Of a DNA stretch of 64,000 nt, positions 21,837 to 35,010 are shown one piece after another; positions within the stretch are counted from its first letter, which is position 1, and the number at the start of each line of letters is the position of its first letter. Location of the stretch: positions 62,001 through 126,000 of the forward strand of contig OZ287703.1 of the NCBI GenBank assembly GCA_965649825.1, in the 5' to 3' direction. The position numbers and the translations under genes were made by a program. This DNA is from Penicillus capitatus. Its lineage: Eukaryota; Plantae; Chlorophyta. The notes below the pieces were generated by a model that was given only the letters and a program-made list of their open reading frames with translations, made no database searches and was not told the DNA's origin.

Positions 21837-24005
21837 TCAGATCTTTAACAGGTCAATAAGGCTGGCGCGAGTATCATCGGTACACTCCATGATCGCATAC
21901 TCGCAGACGACGTCGACAGGCAAATCTCCATTATCCGCGGCGATGGACTTTGATGCCCCAGCGTTGACGAGAACCTGAAAAGAGATTCAGGTGCCAAAAC
22001 GAAACTTGACAACTCACTGTCGCGGCTTCCAGTTTTCCGGCCATCGATGCTACATGAAGCGGCGTATATCCTTTGTCGCTTAGAGCGTCGACAGTCGCCC
22101 CGGCTGCCAAAAGAGCCTAGAAGCGAGAGATCTAGTGGATGCAGAAAACGCGTCTAATGTTCGCCTGGACGGTTTTCTGAGATCCGGAACCGGCTGCAAC
22201 GTGAAGCGGTGTCCCTCCTTCGTCACTTACAGCGTCGATATTCGCCCCGGCTGCCAGAAGAGCCTAGAAGCGAGAGATCTAGTGGACGCAGAAAACGCTT
22301 CCAATGCTCACCTGAACGACATCTGTGTGTCCTCCTGTGGCGGCATAATGAAGTGGTGTATATCTAAATTTGTCTACGACGTCGACACTTGCTCCGGCCG
22401 ACAAGAGAACCTAGATGCGATGGAGCTTATAGACGCACTATGGCGTTCAATGCTCACCCGGACGACCTCTACGTGTCCATTTTCGGCGGCATAGTGAAGC
22501 GGTGTGTATTTTCTGTAGCCTCCTACGACGTCGACACTTGCTCCGGCCGACAAGAGAACCTAGACGCGATGGAGCTAATAGACGCATTATGGCGTCCAAT
22601 GCTCACTTGAACGGCCTCTGTGTGTCCCCCTTCGGCGGCATAATGAAGTGGTGTTTGTTCCCATTTGTCTACGGCGTCGACACTTGCTCCGGCCGACAAG
22701 AGAACCTGGACTCAATTGAGCCAGTGGACGCACAATAGAGTTCAGTGCTCACCTGGGAGATCTCTGCGCGTCCTTCTCTGGCGGCATAGTAAAGAAGTGA
22801 GAATCCGAAGTCGTCTACGACGTCGACACTTGCTCCGGCCGACACGAGAGCCTAGACGCGGTGGAGCCAGTGGACGTACAATGGCGTTTCGTGCTCACCT
22901 GAACGATCTCCAGATGTCCGCGACGGGCTGCATGGTAAATCGGTGTTTGTTCAAAGATGTCTTCGACGTCGACACTCGCCCCGTCCACCAAGAGAGCCTA
23001 GACGCGGTGGAGCCAGTGGAAGCAGAAAACGCGTCCAATGCTCACCTGAACGACATCTGTGTGTCCTCTTTCGGCGGCATAATGAAGTGGTGTATATCCC
23101 AATTTGTCTACGACGTCGACACTTGCTCCGGCCGACACGAGAGCCTAGACGCGGTGGAGCCAGTGGACGCAGAAACCGCGTCCAATGCTCACCTGAACGG
23201 CCTCTGTGTGTCCCCCTTCGGCGGCATAATGAAGTGGTGTATATCTAAATTTGTCTACGACGTCGACACTTGCTCCGGCCGACACGAGAGCCTAGACGCG
23301 GTGGAGCCAGTGGACGCAGAAACCGCGTCCAATGCTCACCTGAACGACATCTGTGTGTCCTCCTTCGGCGGCATAGTGAATAGCTGTTTTTCCGTCCATG
23401 GTAGTAGCATGGACACTCGCACCACTTCCCAGGAGATCCTGCGTACGCAGACAATACTGGTTGAGTAATAGCAGAACGTGTCCGTCTAGTGCTGACTTTG
23501 ACTTTCTGAATTTGTCCGTCGCGTGCTGCCTCGTGAAGTGGTGGCAGGTCATTGGCTGTAGGGTTCTTGACGTTTTCTTCGTCATCAATAAGAACCTGCC
23601 ATGGGATACGAGTGTCAAAACAGCGTTCGTAGTTCAACAACCGTACCGCAGTATTCGCTTTTGCAGAGTCGCAGGAGACAGCGAATCCGCCGTTCTCGGC
23701 GGAACGAGACAGTTCTGCCGCACTGGGAACAGTGGAGCGTCCACCATGCAGCGAGTCTTCCGCCTTCTAGGGCACAAGGCAGTCACAGCTCGTCGCCGCA
23801 TTCGGCATGACGAGCGAAGCTCACCGTGATTCCGCGCTCGACGAGCGCGTTGGACGTGGCCTCTGGGCTACCACTCTCTGGCAAAGCACGACAAAGAGTC
23901 AGCTGCGAAGAAATCCATGCTTGGCCGACCGTGACTGCCGACCGACGGATGCGGTCCGTAGATCAACAGACACAACGAAACGCAAAGAAGACCGCGTTTC
24001 GTCAT
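21837..24005 (-). CDS. Secreted ankyrin-repeat protein 2 (11 one-repeat exons plus 138-nt cap exon)
   Basis: Signal exon 24005-23930 ([17 protein letters not shown]). Repeat exons 23595-23497, 23438-23340, 23291-23193, 23144-23046, 22997-22899, 22851-22753, 22705-22607, 22559-22458 (102 nt), 22410-22312, 22263-22165, 22116-22018; cap 21974-21837. One GC donor and one altered acceptor. Confidence 0.8.
22117..23339 (-). repeat. Tandem ~147-bp exon+intron units
   Basis: 99-nt exon plus 47-48-nt intron repeated; adjacent units near-identical including introns. Confidence 0.9.
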
Positions 24006-25225
24006 TTTCCGAGTGCGACACACAAGCAAACATAGAAGAGTCGAGTGCTGGCTGCAGTCGAAACGTGAAATGGACGCATGGACGGTGCGACTGGCCTTTT
24101 ATGCATGCGCATCGTACCCAGATGGACCCACAGACAGCGAGGAGCCATTACGTAACTGCATCGTAAGACATGTCTGTGCCACACGATGCGTCTTCGCCTG
24201 CCAGCCACCTGTCATCTGCATCCTCTGCTGTGCTGTGCTGTGTTAGGGTTCTTGCCCTGATAGACTGCAATGATGATAACACGTCCATGCGCGCACGATT
24301 CAAGTTTTGAAGTCAACCCGATTCATCTGATAAGCATTCTTGACTTCGTAAGTAACACAAGACACTGGAGGTCAGTCAATTTCTCACTCAGTAAGCGAGG
24401 CGACGCATTACGGTAATGAGAGATTCCGATGTCCCATGTCCGTCAAGCGCAGATCAGACAAGAGATATAAAGAGTCCCTTACACAGACTAAACGATGTTG
24501 CAAAGGGAAGAGTGTTTCTGCTCACAAAACTGACTCCTCTGTTTTCCATGCACTAGATTCTGGGCCATTTCAAAACAACACAGCGCCAAATGCCTGCCAT
24601 CGTTAAAATTCTCGGCATTGATGCGGTGAGCAGAAACTCGCATCCGCTCAAAATTCCACGCAATTTATGAACCGTTGAAATGCCGCAAGGATTAGAAAAG
24701 CTCAAAGTGGAAAAGGTGTTTAGAATCAGCACAATTCTGTTCTGAAGGCAGCAGGATGATTAGCAGGAAGCAGATTCGCAGGAAGGAATCAAACGCGCGG
24801 TTACTTGCAGTTGCGAAGAGCACGATCATAACACTGCATTCATCGCCGTGTGATACCTCCCTTTTATAAAGAGTGAGAAGTATGTCAAGTGGTCAGTAAA
24901 GGAATGGGCGTAACTGATATCATACCGACGTCATATCACACTAGGCGGCGTATCGTCATGTCACGGAACTCGCTGCGCAATTCTGTCTACCTTCGCCCCT
25001 TATCCTCATCATTCGTTCTCGCATCGAATTGCCGAAACCTCCCGTTCCGAAACACCAAACGACGCGTATCGTAACCATCGATACACTTCTTCTTTGAGAC
25101 ACGCACTATCTTGATGACAGATTGGTCCGTGGGACAGACATGAGGGCACGATCGCTTGATTGTCATTGTTTCAGTTCTTTGTGGCTTTATTTTTCGAGTC
25201 CGTTGTTTAGGAAGGAGGATATTTA

Positions 25226-26264
25226 TCATCTCTCGTTCGCAGCTTCCACCATTGTCAAGAGCCGCCGTGTCGATCCCTACATTGCAGACGCATCCAACAT
25301 GAGCACCGCATCAGCCGCCACCCCGTACTGTGATCTCTCGCGGTTTCGGCAACGTGTTGTTTTCGTCATCGTCAATAACCGTCAGCACCACAGCGGCGAT
25401 GACGGCGAGGAGAATGAGGAGAAGAATGAGCCGAATGAACCTGAACAGCGTAGAATACTCGAGAACTGGCGGCGCATGGCATCGAGAAGCACTTGTCGGT
25501 CAGAATGCCGCGTGTCAAATCGGTCAACACTTTTCGAGCTTTCTTCATCGTGAATTCGATATCGTCCAGATCATCCACCACCCTTTCCATCGCTTTCGTC
25601 TGATCGCGCAACTCAGCTGCCGTCTAAACACGAACTGTGCACGTCAGGGGTGGAAGATGGAGGTCGCGATGTTGCCTGCGTGCCGATCTGGATCGTATCT
25701 TCGACGACTTTCTCCGCTCGACCGAGCGTCGTTTCCACACCCTTCATCTCTTTTCGCCCCGCCGCCACCAATTGCTGCGTTGTCATTGTGTGCTGCTTCG
25801 ACGATTGGCCCGATTCTACATCTCCACTCCATCGCCATCATAACATCGCCAAGCAGCAAGGAGAACAGCTACCGCACTCGCGTCCATCTGACGCGCCGCC
25901 GAGGACCTCCATACGCGCATTCAGAATCTGCGTTTGCGTTTTCTTGATCGAGATGCAATTGTTTAACTCGTTGACGAGTCCCGTCTTCCGCTCCATCATC
26001 TCTCCAGCTGGCATGGAATCGTTACGCGCCTCTCGTTCAAACTCCTTTATCAACCTACACTCTCACACCTGCCCGTCACATCATCTCACTCTTTCGTACA
26101 CAGCATCCTCACGCTTTGCCGTCTTTTATTTTCTCATTCAGCTCTTTTAGCAGCGCCTCCTGTTTCGACACATTCTTCAGTTTATCGAACTCTTTGAATC
26201 CCGTCGTCAGTTCTGAGAAGAGCTCTTCGAGGCGTTGCTCCTGTTCGGTCTTCTGAAACGGCAT
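25226..26264 (-). CDS. NPSN: Novel plant SNARE (NPSN, Qb-SNARE), multi-exon
   Basis: ELTTGFKEFDKL..LKELNEKIKDGKA|LIKEFERE, SNARE motif ..ERVVDDLDDIEFTMKKARKVLTDLTRGILTDK, TM segment, C-terminal RRLL motif typical of NPSN1x. Confidence 0.85.
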
Positions 26265-26362
26265 CTCCCTCGTCAAGGAACGTCGCAATTCGAGCAAATC
26301 GCGAATTCACATTAGTTTTCATCATCTCCGTACGTCGTTTGCGCTTCTGCTCTTCATTCACA

Positions 26363-29300
26363 ATGCAGTCCCCCTCGACTGGCACAGTCTCTGTGCCCGT
26401 TCTCAACCCATACGTCATCTCAACGATGCGCAAAGATGAGGTCCTCCTCCTCGTCTCACTCAGACCATCAGGCGTATGTTCGTTCGATGACAGGCTCCGG
26501 GTTTTCTCGTCCTATCGCGAGAGCTCGTCGCCTGTGCCGAGAACCCCGATGAAAAACAGCTGCGCCATCTGCACCTTGCTGTTCTGCCGCGTTTGGCCTT
26601 CTTTGCTTCGATGCCCGTCGTGGTTCTGCCTCCTCTGCTGACCATTACCAAGCACACGACACAGATCGTCCGCAAAGATCATAAGAAGCTCCTTCGCTTG
26701 CTGTACTACCACATCCAGCTTCTACTGGGATGCGGTCGAGCTGGGACGAATGGACCCAAAGATACAGATGACAGTGTGTCGGCCACTGTCCTGCCGCCTC
26801 ATGTCTTGAGCGATTTCTGGCAGACCTTCTCTCAGCCGACAAAGGACATTGCACAGATCGTTGCGTGTTTGCTCGTCCTTGCCGGTATTCTGAGAGGACT
26901 GCAGCAATCTCCGGCCAAGAACAGACAGAAAGCACAGCAAGGTAGGCTGGACATTTGAGAAGACAGTAGATGGCGATGGCTGAGATGCAGAGCGCAATGT
27001 GATGACGTCCAAGTTCGTGGAGATGCTGTTCGGCATTCTGTCGAGTGATTATCAGCCGCCAAGGGGCGACAAGAAAGGCATCTTCAAGACCATCAGCAGT
27101 CGGCCCGCTGCAGACGAAGAAGAGGCCAAAGCCCTGATCCAGCGAGCCGCCCTTGCAGCCGCGCGTGCCAGTCTGCCAGTCAAGCAACAGAGGTGCGCTT
27201 GGCTGCGGTGATGTGACAGCTCGTGCAGGGATGGATGACAGGAGACTGATGCCCAATGCGTTGAACGTGCTGAAGAGTAATCAGGCGTTAGACAGCGTCT
27301 CGATGCGTCACATCATGTCACTGGCGGCGGATTCGTGCAAGAAATCCACGTCGACCTTCATCCAGGAAATGCAGTTTAGACTGCAGGCGACGATGGATGT
27401 CTATGGCTCATCAGGTGACGCCTTTCCTGCATCCTTTCCTCACTCCATGCATGGCAGGATGTCTGTTTCCGAATCAGGAGGGCGTTCCTGTCAAGTCGAA
27501 TGCACCCAACGGATCGTCTCCGCCCTTGCTCTTATCTGACCCCTTTGCAAGGAAATACTTGGCGCAGGCGTGCGGTGTGATTGTGAGGGAGATGGAGAAG
27601 AAGGCAAAGGGCACGGTCTTCTGGAATGCTTTAGTTCTCATGGCATGCGGCGATCCGCATTTTCTGGTGTCGTGTGAGGCGATGAAGGCATTGCTGGACG
27701 CGCCGCCAGAACCGACCGTCGATCTCTTCAGCGAAAAGAAGCCCAGGTGCCGCTCACTCTATTTGATGTGACTGGATGACGTCACACTTATGCCTGTCTC
27801 TATAGAATCAGCTTCGAGGTCGACGAAAGGGAGGAAGCACGAGCGAAGGATATGTCCTTTGCTGTGTGGCAGAGCTTTATGAAAGAAGAGGTCCCATCAG
27901 TTCTCATCGCCGCGAAGCAAGGGACCAAGAAACAAACATTACTGGCACACTGCATTGTCCGTCTGCGTGCTGTCCTGTCAACAACGGGCTCGCAGCCCGA
28001 AATCTCCGGCGCCTGTCGCGTCATCTGTACGTCATCTAACTTCGCCAGATGCCATGATGAAGAAAATGGTCTCCAGGTGCACTAGGCCGCTGCTATGCCT
28101 ATGCCGTTTCCGCACGGCCCAATCAAAAAATGTGGCAGCGTGCCACCGCGATGCTCAGTCCGCTGCGAGATGACGTTTTGGATTTTGCCACCAGCACGGG
28201 TCCCTACAGCTCAGGCATCCAGTACCTCGCACTGAAGGCGCTGATTTGGCTTCAGGTAGGTGACGTCATCTGCATCGTGCTAGACGAAGGGCTTTCTGAA
28301 AGATTTGATTCAAGGGAGTGGACGGAGGACCCCTCACGCCGCCAGTAATGGCACAGATTATGAGCAATGGCCCGTGTTGGCCACATGAACTGATGTCCGA
28401 TATTCTTCAGACACTCTTTCATCGTCTCATTGTCCAGCCCTCTATGTCATCCTACATTCTCGGTCACTCTTTTTGACATGACAGCTCAAGATCGTCGTTG
28501 TGATGTAGATTGCCTCAATGCGGCGGTTGCTGGGAATCCAGTAAATGCCGTTCCTGTGGATCTGGTGGATTTCTGGTTCTATTCTGTGGAGCATTCAAAC
28601 AAGGCACACGTCCTCAATGCCGCCGTGCAATTCCTTGGATCGCCTCCGCCGCCACGTGCATCGATGCTCAACGGTCGCAGCTTCGCATCAGCTTCTGTCT
28701 CACACTTTCTGGATCTAGGTGATCAGGGGTCTGTTTCGGAGACATGCAGTGCATGGAGGAAACTCAAGAAGACCGTCACGTTGTGGCTGGGGAATGCCAT
28801 TGTCTTCCTGGCAGAAGATCATCCTTGGCAGGAACGAGAGGCCGTATCGCTGGCAACGGATCAGATGCTGACGACTTCCGATATGCTTTCGGCGGAAGTG
28901 ACACAGAGTCCACTACTGATGTCCACCATCTCACACTTTGTCCACGATCTCGTAACGGGATCCTGGGAAACACGGTACCCTTATCTCCTTCACCCTCTCA
29001 AAACCGTCGCCCATTTGACGCGTCTCTAGGTTGGCGGCGGCAAAGGCGCTGACCTGTATCGCCATTCAATGTCAGGAGCCGTACAGGATTCAGATCTACA
29101 GCGTTTTCAAGGGACTGCTGCCATCGGCTGATCTCTTTGGACTGCATGCGACGCTGTCTCGAGTGCTGCAGCTCCTCGATCAGATGTACACTGGAGCCAT
29201 CATGATCGATGCCTGTGTGAAGCAATGGGGTGGGAATTTTGCCTCGTGGCCTGCAGAAATGGCGGAGTCGGTTCAGACGCGACACGCTGTATTGCTGGAA

Positions 29301-30440
29301 GAGATCCTGCATCATTGTCAGGTCCCCACCGATCTCTTCTTTCCATTGGGGCCCAAGAGTCGGGCGCTGATTCTGGGAGAAGACGTGCCAGAGACGCTTC
29401 CGCAGCAAACTACTGTTGGCTTCGAGCCGCCTCAAGCACAGTACTCAGATTACCTGAGTCATGGATCGTCCTATCTCGGTGAGGGCTACGAACCAGAGGC
29501 CGCCGTCGAGGAGGAAGACACGACGACGGGATTCTCTGGAGAACCGACAATAGAGCAGTACATTAGAGGATCGCAGCGAACCCGTGACTACATGGCAGGT
29601 GTGATCTCTCGCGTTTCTGGCTGCTGAGAAATGGCGGTCGACCGTAGCGCCGTCACTGAAGGACTTGGTACAGTCGGGAGAAATGGCGAACGATGATCAT
29701 TTGCAAGAGACCACCTTCACCATGTCCCCAGCAGATATCGTTCCAGGTCCAGCCTCCGATGACATCGCCTGTGTTAACACTACTATGATCGCAGTGCCGG
29801 AGGTGGAAGAAGTGAAAGATCAAACAGAAGAAGACAGCAAGGAAGCATCGGCCTATGATCATCCACCTACACAAGACGCCCAATGGGACACATCTTTCGA
29901 GGATCAAGGTCACACACACATTTATGTTCTGCTCTGCAGTTCTGACAGTCGATCGCATTGCAGGGCGTTACGACTCGTATGCTGAAGAAATGAGGTACTG
30001 GTCTTGTGCCGGAGGATGCCTCGGTGTTATGTGTTTTGTAGGAACGGCGGGGAGATGCCTGAAGAAGAGAATCCCTTCAACCAAGACGTACAGCCCCTCG
30101 ATGATGGATTCGACATACAGAAGCATGTCCAAGTATCCAGCCCCGCATTCGGACGCATTCCGCTGAGGACGGGATGATGTGACAGGTGCAGGAAGGCTTT
30201 CCCAAACGCGCGGCCGTTTTGTTCGATTTCGAGGCCGAGATGGAGGGCGAACTGACTGTCAACATAGGTCTGTCCCGCGCCATTCTCACACATTCTCACA
30301 CTTTTGATGGTGTAGGCGACATCATCAACATTGTGAGTGAGATTGAAGGCGGCTGGTACTTTGCCAGTGTCGAAAACATCATGGGTATTAAAACGCAAGG
30401 CATTGTTCCCTGTGATTACGTGGAGCTGCAAGAGGAATGA
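26363..30440 (+). CDS. TASH3: TPLATE/TSET complex large subunit TASH3 (trunk plus C-terminal SH3), multi-exon; start approximate
   Basis: Segments match recalled plant TASH3 (LAVLPRLAFF..LPPLL..LLRLLYYHIQLLL; FVEMLFGILS..KKGIF..IQRAALAAAR..LP). C-terminal SH3 AAVLFDFEAEMEGELTV..GGWY..GIVPCDYV. Confidence 0.75.
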
Positions 30441-30470
30441 AGGAACGGGTCCTTCTCTGGCCTTTCCTGG

Positions 30471-30872
30471 TTACACCTCTTCCTCCTCGACACCGCGGAT
30501 GTACAATACGTTGTTACACCTAAGAAATAGACGCATTCTGTTTGTTGAAAAATAAATGCGTCGATTCTCACCGAATCAACACCTCTCCAAGATTCCCTGT
30601 CAACTCGTCGTTGACGTACTCTTCGGTATTCGCCAACTGATGTGACGGCTGGTGTATGAGAAAGAGTGAGAAAGGTGACGAACTTGGAGATTCATGTAGG
30701 AATCGACAGAAACAAGGTAGCCTTTGTACTCCATTCCCCATTTGAGCTTCACGATTACCGTCTTCCCGGTGAGATCGTTCAGAAACGGCTTCGGATTGAC
30801 TGGGACTGTCTAAACAACACACGTGATAATCGAGCAGCCTCTTTTTCGCCGATGGTGGCCGACCTGACTCAT
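30471..30872 (-). CDS. SNRPF: Small nuclear ribonucleoprotein SmF (4 exons; not resolved by the ORF track)
   Basis: Manual splicing gives MSQ|[42 protein letters not shown]|[22 protein letters not shown]|[15 protein letters not shown]. Confidence 0.95.
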
Positions 30873-30964
30873 CGCGCCGTATCGAACGATAATGCGAAAT
30901 GATCCGTCGTCGATCGATCGATCAATGCCGGGTCGACGCTATATTCACGATCGCTGACGAAACG

Positions 30965-31806
30965 ATGGTGCTGTCAACATCGCGCCGTTTTAGACTTCCG
31001 ACGCGGCCGAATTACCGAACACCTGCGATACGTTCGGCAGCACCGCGACGAGTATCAGCCGACGCGCGACGCTGTACACAACGCACTTCTCAATCCGTCG
31101 CGTCATGCACCAAACGCCATCTTTTCCGATCCGCCCTTATCGGTGCCTCCACACCATCACAGCGCAAGAAACGATCTCGATTTGCAGGAAGTCTCGCAAT
31201 CGTCGTGCAAACCATGACCCAGGTCCCTGTCAGTCGTGCAGATGAAGCAGTTTCCGGTGGCGATAGCGGAGATAGGGTTTCCGAGGGCGATCGTCCAAAC
31301 AGAGAGCCTGTCGGTGGCGATCCTGCAAACAGAGAGCCTGTCGGTGTCACGGGAACAGAGAAGGAGAGGGTCGGTGATGAAAAGGGTCCGGGAGAATCCT
31401 GTCCATGTCCTCTATCGACGACACCTAAGACACAGCCATCGATTGAACTGACGCCTGAGGAGGTGGAGCGATTGATGCAAGTGGAGAAGAATCGTCGAAA
31501 ACGAACCAACGGTCGGAGGGGCCGACTGCAGGAATTGGAAGAGACCCGCACAGAATTGGCACAGAAACAACTCGAACTGCTGCAGAAGGAACAGGAGCTA
31601 TTGGATCGCGATCAATCGCTTGCTGTCCTGCGCGAAGAAGTCCGTCATAATGATGTGACGTTACATACTTTAAACATGATGTGACTGCTCTGCAGTTAGA
31701 ACTTGAGCGACGGATTCGGGCGCTGTTAACGAAAGAGAAAGAACAGGCGATCGAAGAGGCGGCTTTGGCACGAGGACTGTGTTCTGGGGCAACAATGCTG
31801 CCTTAA
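30965..31806 (+). CDS. Putative plastid-targeted coiled-coil protein (intron 31640-31695)
   Basis: R/S/A-rich N-terminus, heptad C-terminus, spliced end LELERRIRALLTKEKEQAIEEAALARGLCSGATMLP*. Confidence 0.65.
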
Positions 31807-31902
31807 ATGATGAACACGTGATGGACAAGGTCACGCAGTTGCGGGACATGGCGTTGAAGATACAATGAACAGATGAAGTGCGTGATGTGACGGGCAATGC
31901 TG

Positions 31903-33259
31903 TCAGAACAAAAAGAGTGAATTGGCAAAAGGATTGAATGCAGTGTGCGATGACGGGGGTTGAGAAGAGACGACGGCGGGATCCTCTCCATTGGCCAAAG
32001 ATTGAAACGGATCGACCGTATCCTGTGAGAACAGGACATAAAGTGTGACGTCAGTAAGAGTGAGATAGTCGTACGCTTTTAAGCCCTGTGTCGAGGATAT
32101 TGAGATCAATGAGATCCGAAGAGAGGCTTCTCAGCGGCGGCTTCCCCTTCGTATCATCCTCGGCAGAACGCTCGCCGGCCAGAGAACGCGATACGGTGTG
32201 TCTGTCGCCGTCACTCATGCGACGCAGCGTCAGCTCTATGGGCGACGAGATGCTCTTCTCATGCAACTGGGAAGACAAAAGTGTGAGAGAGGGTTGGAAT
32301 TTGAGTGAGATGTCACATCAAAGGTCTTGTCGGCGGCATCGATGGCGTGGAATGCTTTGGTGACGGCGTTTTCGACGGCAGTCCCGTTATGCCCAGCCAA
32401 AGCTTCGATCGATTCGGCCAGTTGCTGTCTCGAGCGCTTCAGTTCTCCCAGAAGCTCTCGGATCAAAACGCGGTTCGTCTCACGTGATGCGCCTCTCGTG
32501 ACGAGTTCCCTTATCACCTCGCAGTGATGGTGACAGCTCTGTTCGAATCGCCAGATGCGTTCGATGCTGTTCTTCGGCTCTGTACTCCACCGCCATGCAA
32601 TGGAGAACAACGCCTGCTGCCCCATACCTGTCGGTTGGGAGGGTGATGTGACAGGTGCGTCGTCAGTTCCGCGATGCTGGCTCAGTTTGTTGCCTCGGTG
32701 CTGTCCCATGATCCCTATCGCGACCTGTAAGGCACCTTCTCGTGCAGCAATGAGGCAGGGGAATGGATATGGGAACATGTTTGGCATCTTTGGTTAGTTG
32801 GCTGGATGTCGCGGTATTCATCGTCGTGAGGACGGACACGGCATCGAGGATTTCCTGCAGAACGGGCTGGAGAAAGGATCGACATTCTGTCAAGACGTCG
32901 CGGGTGAGCACAGTCGCCAGCCACTGTTTCCGGGGATGCGCCGATCGCAGTACTTTACGCAATTGCTGTGAAACTCTCTACCACCACACAATTCTTCACA
33001 TTTCGATCTCTCGCTCGTGTCTCGGACCGTCGGGGTCAATTCCATGCCAGTATTGGGATCGTTGATCGCGAGGATGACCTGAATCGAGAAGAGTGAGACC
33101 GGGAGAATGAGGTGCGAGGGTGACGTTTCGATTGACGCGTGCATCGGGTCGCATCAGGTGTTTATCCGTTGCTTCTTTGACGAGACTTTCGAATTCTCCG
33201 TCGAGGAGATTGTGATGGTATTCTTGATTTCCGAGGATGGCGCGACGTATACTCTTCAT
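31903..33259 (-). CDS. TOM1-like (TOL) VHS-GAT protein, multi-exon
   Basis: VHS-like FESLVKEATDKHLMRPD and KQWLATVLTRDVLTEC, helical GAT-like segment (ELLGELKRSRQQLAESIE), C-terminal DPF/NPF motifs. Confidence 0.6.
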
Positions 33260-33390
33260 CCTTTCTCTCCGATGCGATCGGTTCCGAGGCGATACGATAA
33301 ACGTGATCGGCGTCGATAATGATCGTCATCATTTCGTACCAATCACATCATCGTTTCCAGATCTCGTTCGATTAAAGATTGCGCGATTCG

Positions 33391-35010
33391 ATGGCGTGGT
33401 CGATTCGTTCCATCTCGTTTGCCAACACTGGCCGATGCGTCGCCTGTCGCGCCAATTCAGCACTCAAGATCGATAGCACCTCTGTCAAAGCCACATCCGA
33501 CGCCATAACAGGTCGCACTGAGAGGATAACGATCTGTGTGTCGCGAACCTGTCTTTGGCAGAACCGCTCTTGGTCCGAGCTGCTCGGGGTGAGCTTGTCG
33601 AACGTGCGCCGTGCTGGTATGTGATACCGTTTGACGATCGATCGATCTCTCTGCTGAGTGTAGGATGATGCGACAGGCAGGTCGCTATCAAAAAGTGTGA
33701 CATCTATGACACTCTCTCACTCTTTTCGAGGTGACCGATTAGGCTTATCGAGATGTGGCTTTGAAATATCCGTCTTTTCGGCAACGCTCCGAAACGACTG
33801 AGCTCATTGTCGAGATTACCCTTCAGCCATGGAAAGCTTTTAAACCAGACGGCGTCATTCTTTTCAGGTCTGGTCATATTCACACCATTCTCACTCTTCT
33901 TAAATCTTACTCTTTTAGCGATATCCTAACGATTCTTCCAGCCGTGGGAATCCCCTTTGAGATCGACGATCTACAAGGTCCCATCATCGAAGAGCCTGTC
34001 TGTTCCCCCGAACACGTATCGCTCTCTCTATCTTTATCACATCTCATGCTTCTTCTAGCTCAAGAGACTGACGCCATTGGATGTCGATGCGTTGCGTTTT
34101 ATCGGCGAGAGTCTCCGTACGATACGTCAAGAGCTCAAAGGCGAAGCTGCGTTACTCGGCTTTGTGGGTGAGCATTTCCCTCCTCGTTCACCTGTTCGCT
34201 TGATTAGGCGATGGTGTAAGATGTGTGAAAGGATCGCCTTGGACCATTGCCACCTATCTGATCGAAGGCAGAAGCTCATCGTTCTATAAGACGATCAAAA
34301 CGATGACCGGACGCGATCCTGCCACACTCGACCGCTTGCTTTCCTTCCTGGCCCAACAAATCGCACAATATGTTATCTACCAAGTAGGGGCAGATAGCAA
34401 CAGACGTCTGGAGACGACGACTTTGACGGTTAGATAGAAAACGGCGCACAGGTTGTTCAGATATTCGACTCGTGGGGTGGTCAATTGCCACCGAAGACGT
34501 GGGAGCGTTGGTCGAAGCCATACATCGAAACCATCATTCAAAACGTCAAAGACGTCTATCCCAATGTCCCTCTCACTCTTTACGCCAACGGTACGTCTCA
34601 CTCTTTCATTCCTTCTAACCAAGACGGCGCACCAGGCGGCGCTGGATTACTGGAGAGACTGAAAGAGACAAAGGCGAATGTTGTTGGATTGGACTGGGCG
34701 GTCGATATGAAGGACGCCCGAGAGCGACTCGGATACGATACGGCCGTTCAAGGAAACGTCGATCCCTGTGTCCTCTTCAGCGATCGCAAGGCGATCCGAG
34801 ATGCCGTCGACGATTGCATTCGATCCGCTGGACCCAAAGTGCCAATCGTATCTGACTCATCCCCACATCCGAGGTGTGGTGTGGCGACCTTAGGGACACG
34901 TTCTGAATTTGGGCCATGGAGTGATGGTCGGTACACCGGAAGAGAATGTCTCTTACATGTTTGACTTATCCAAAGAGTTTCTCTACAAAGATATCTTCGC
35001 CACAAACTGA
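33391..35010 (+). CDS. HEME: Plastid uroporphyrinogen decarboxylase, multi-exon
   Basis: Transit peptide, then [72 protein letters not shown]. Confidence 0.95.

Noticed and set aside
22117-23339. Regular ~147-bp repeats as a CRISPR array or satellite
   Set aside because: Units resolve into GT-AG introns plus 99-nt ankyrin exons in a eukaryotic gene; there are no unique spacers or cas genes.
24560-24880. Possible solo LTR (minus-strand TATAAAAGGGAGG resembles the LTR TATA box)
   Set aside because: No further similarity to the 3513-3660 LTR, and no clear TG...CA ends or TSD.
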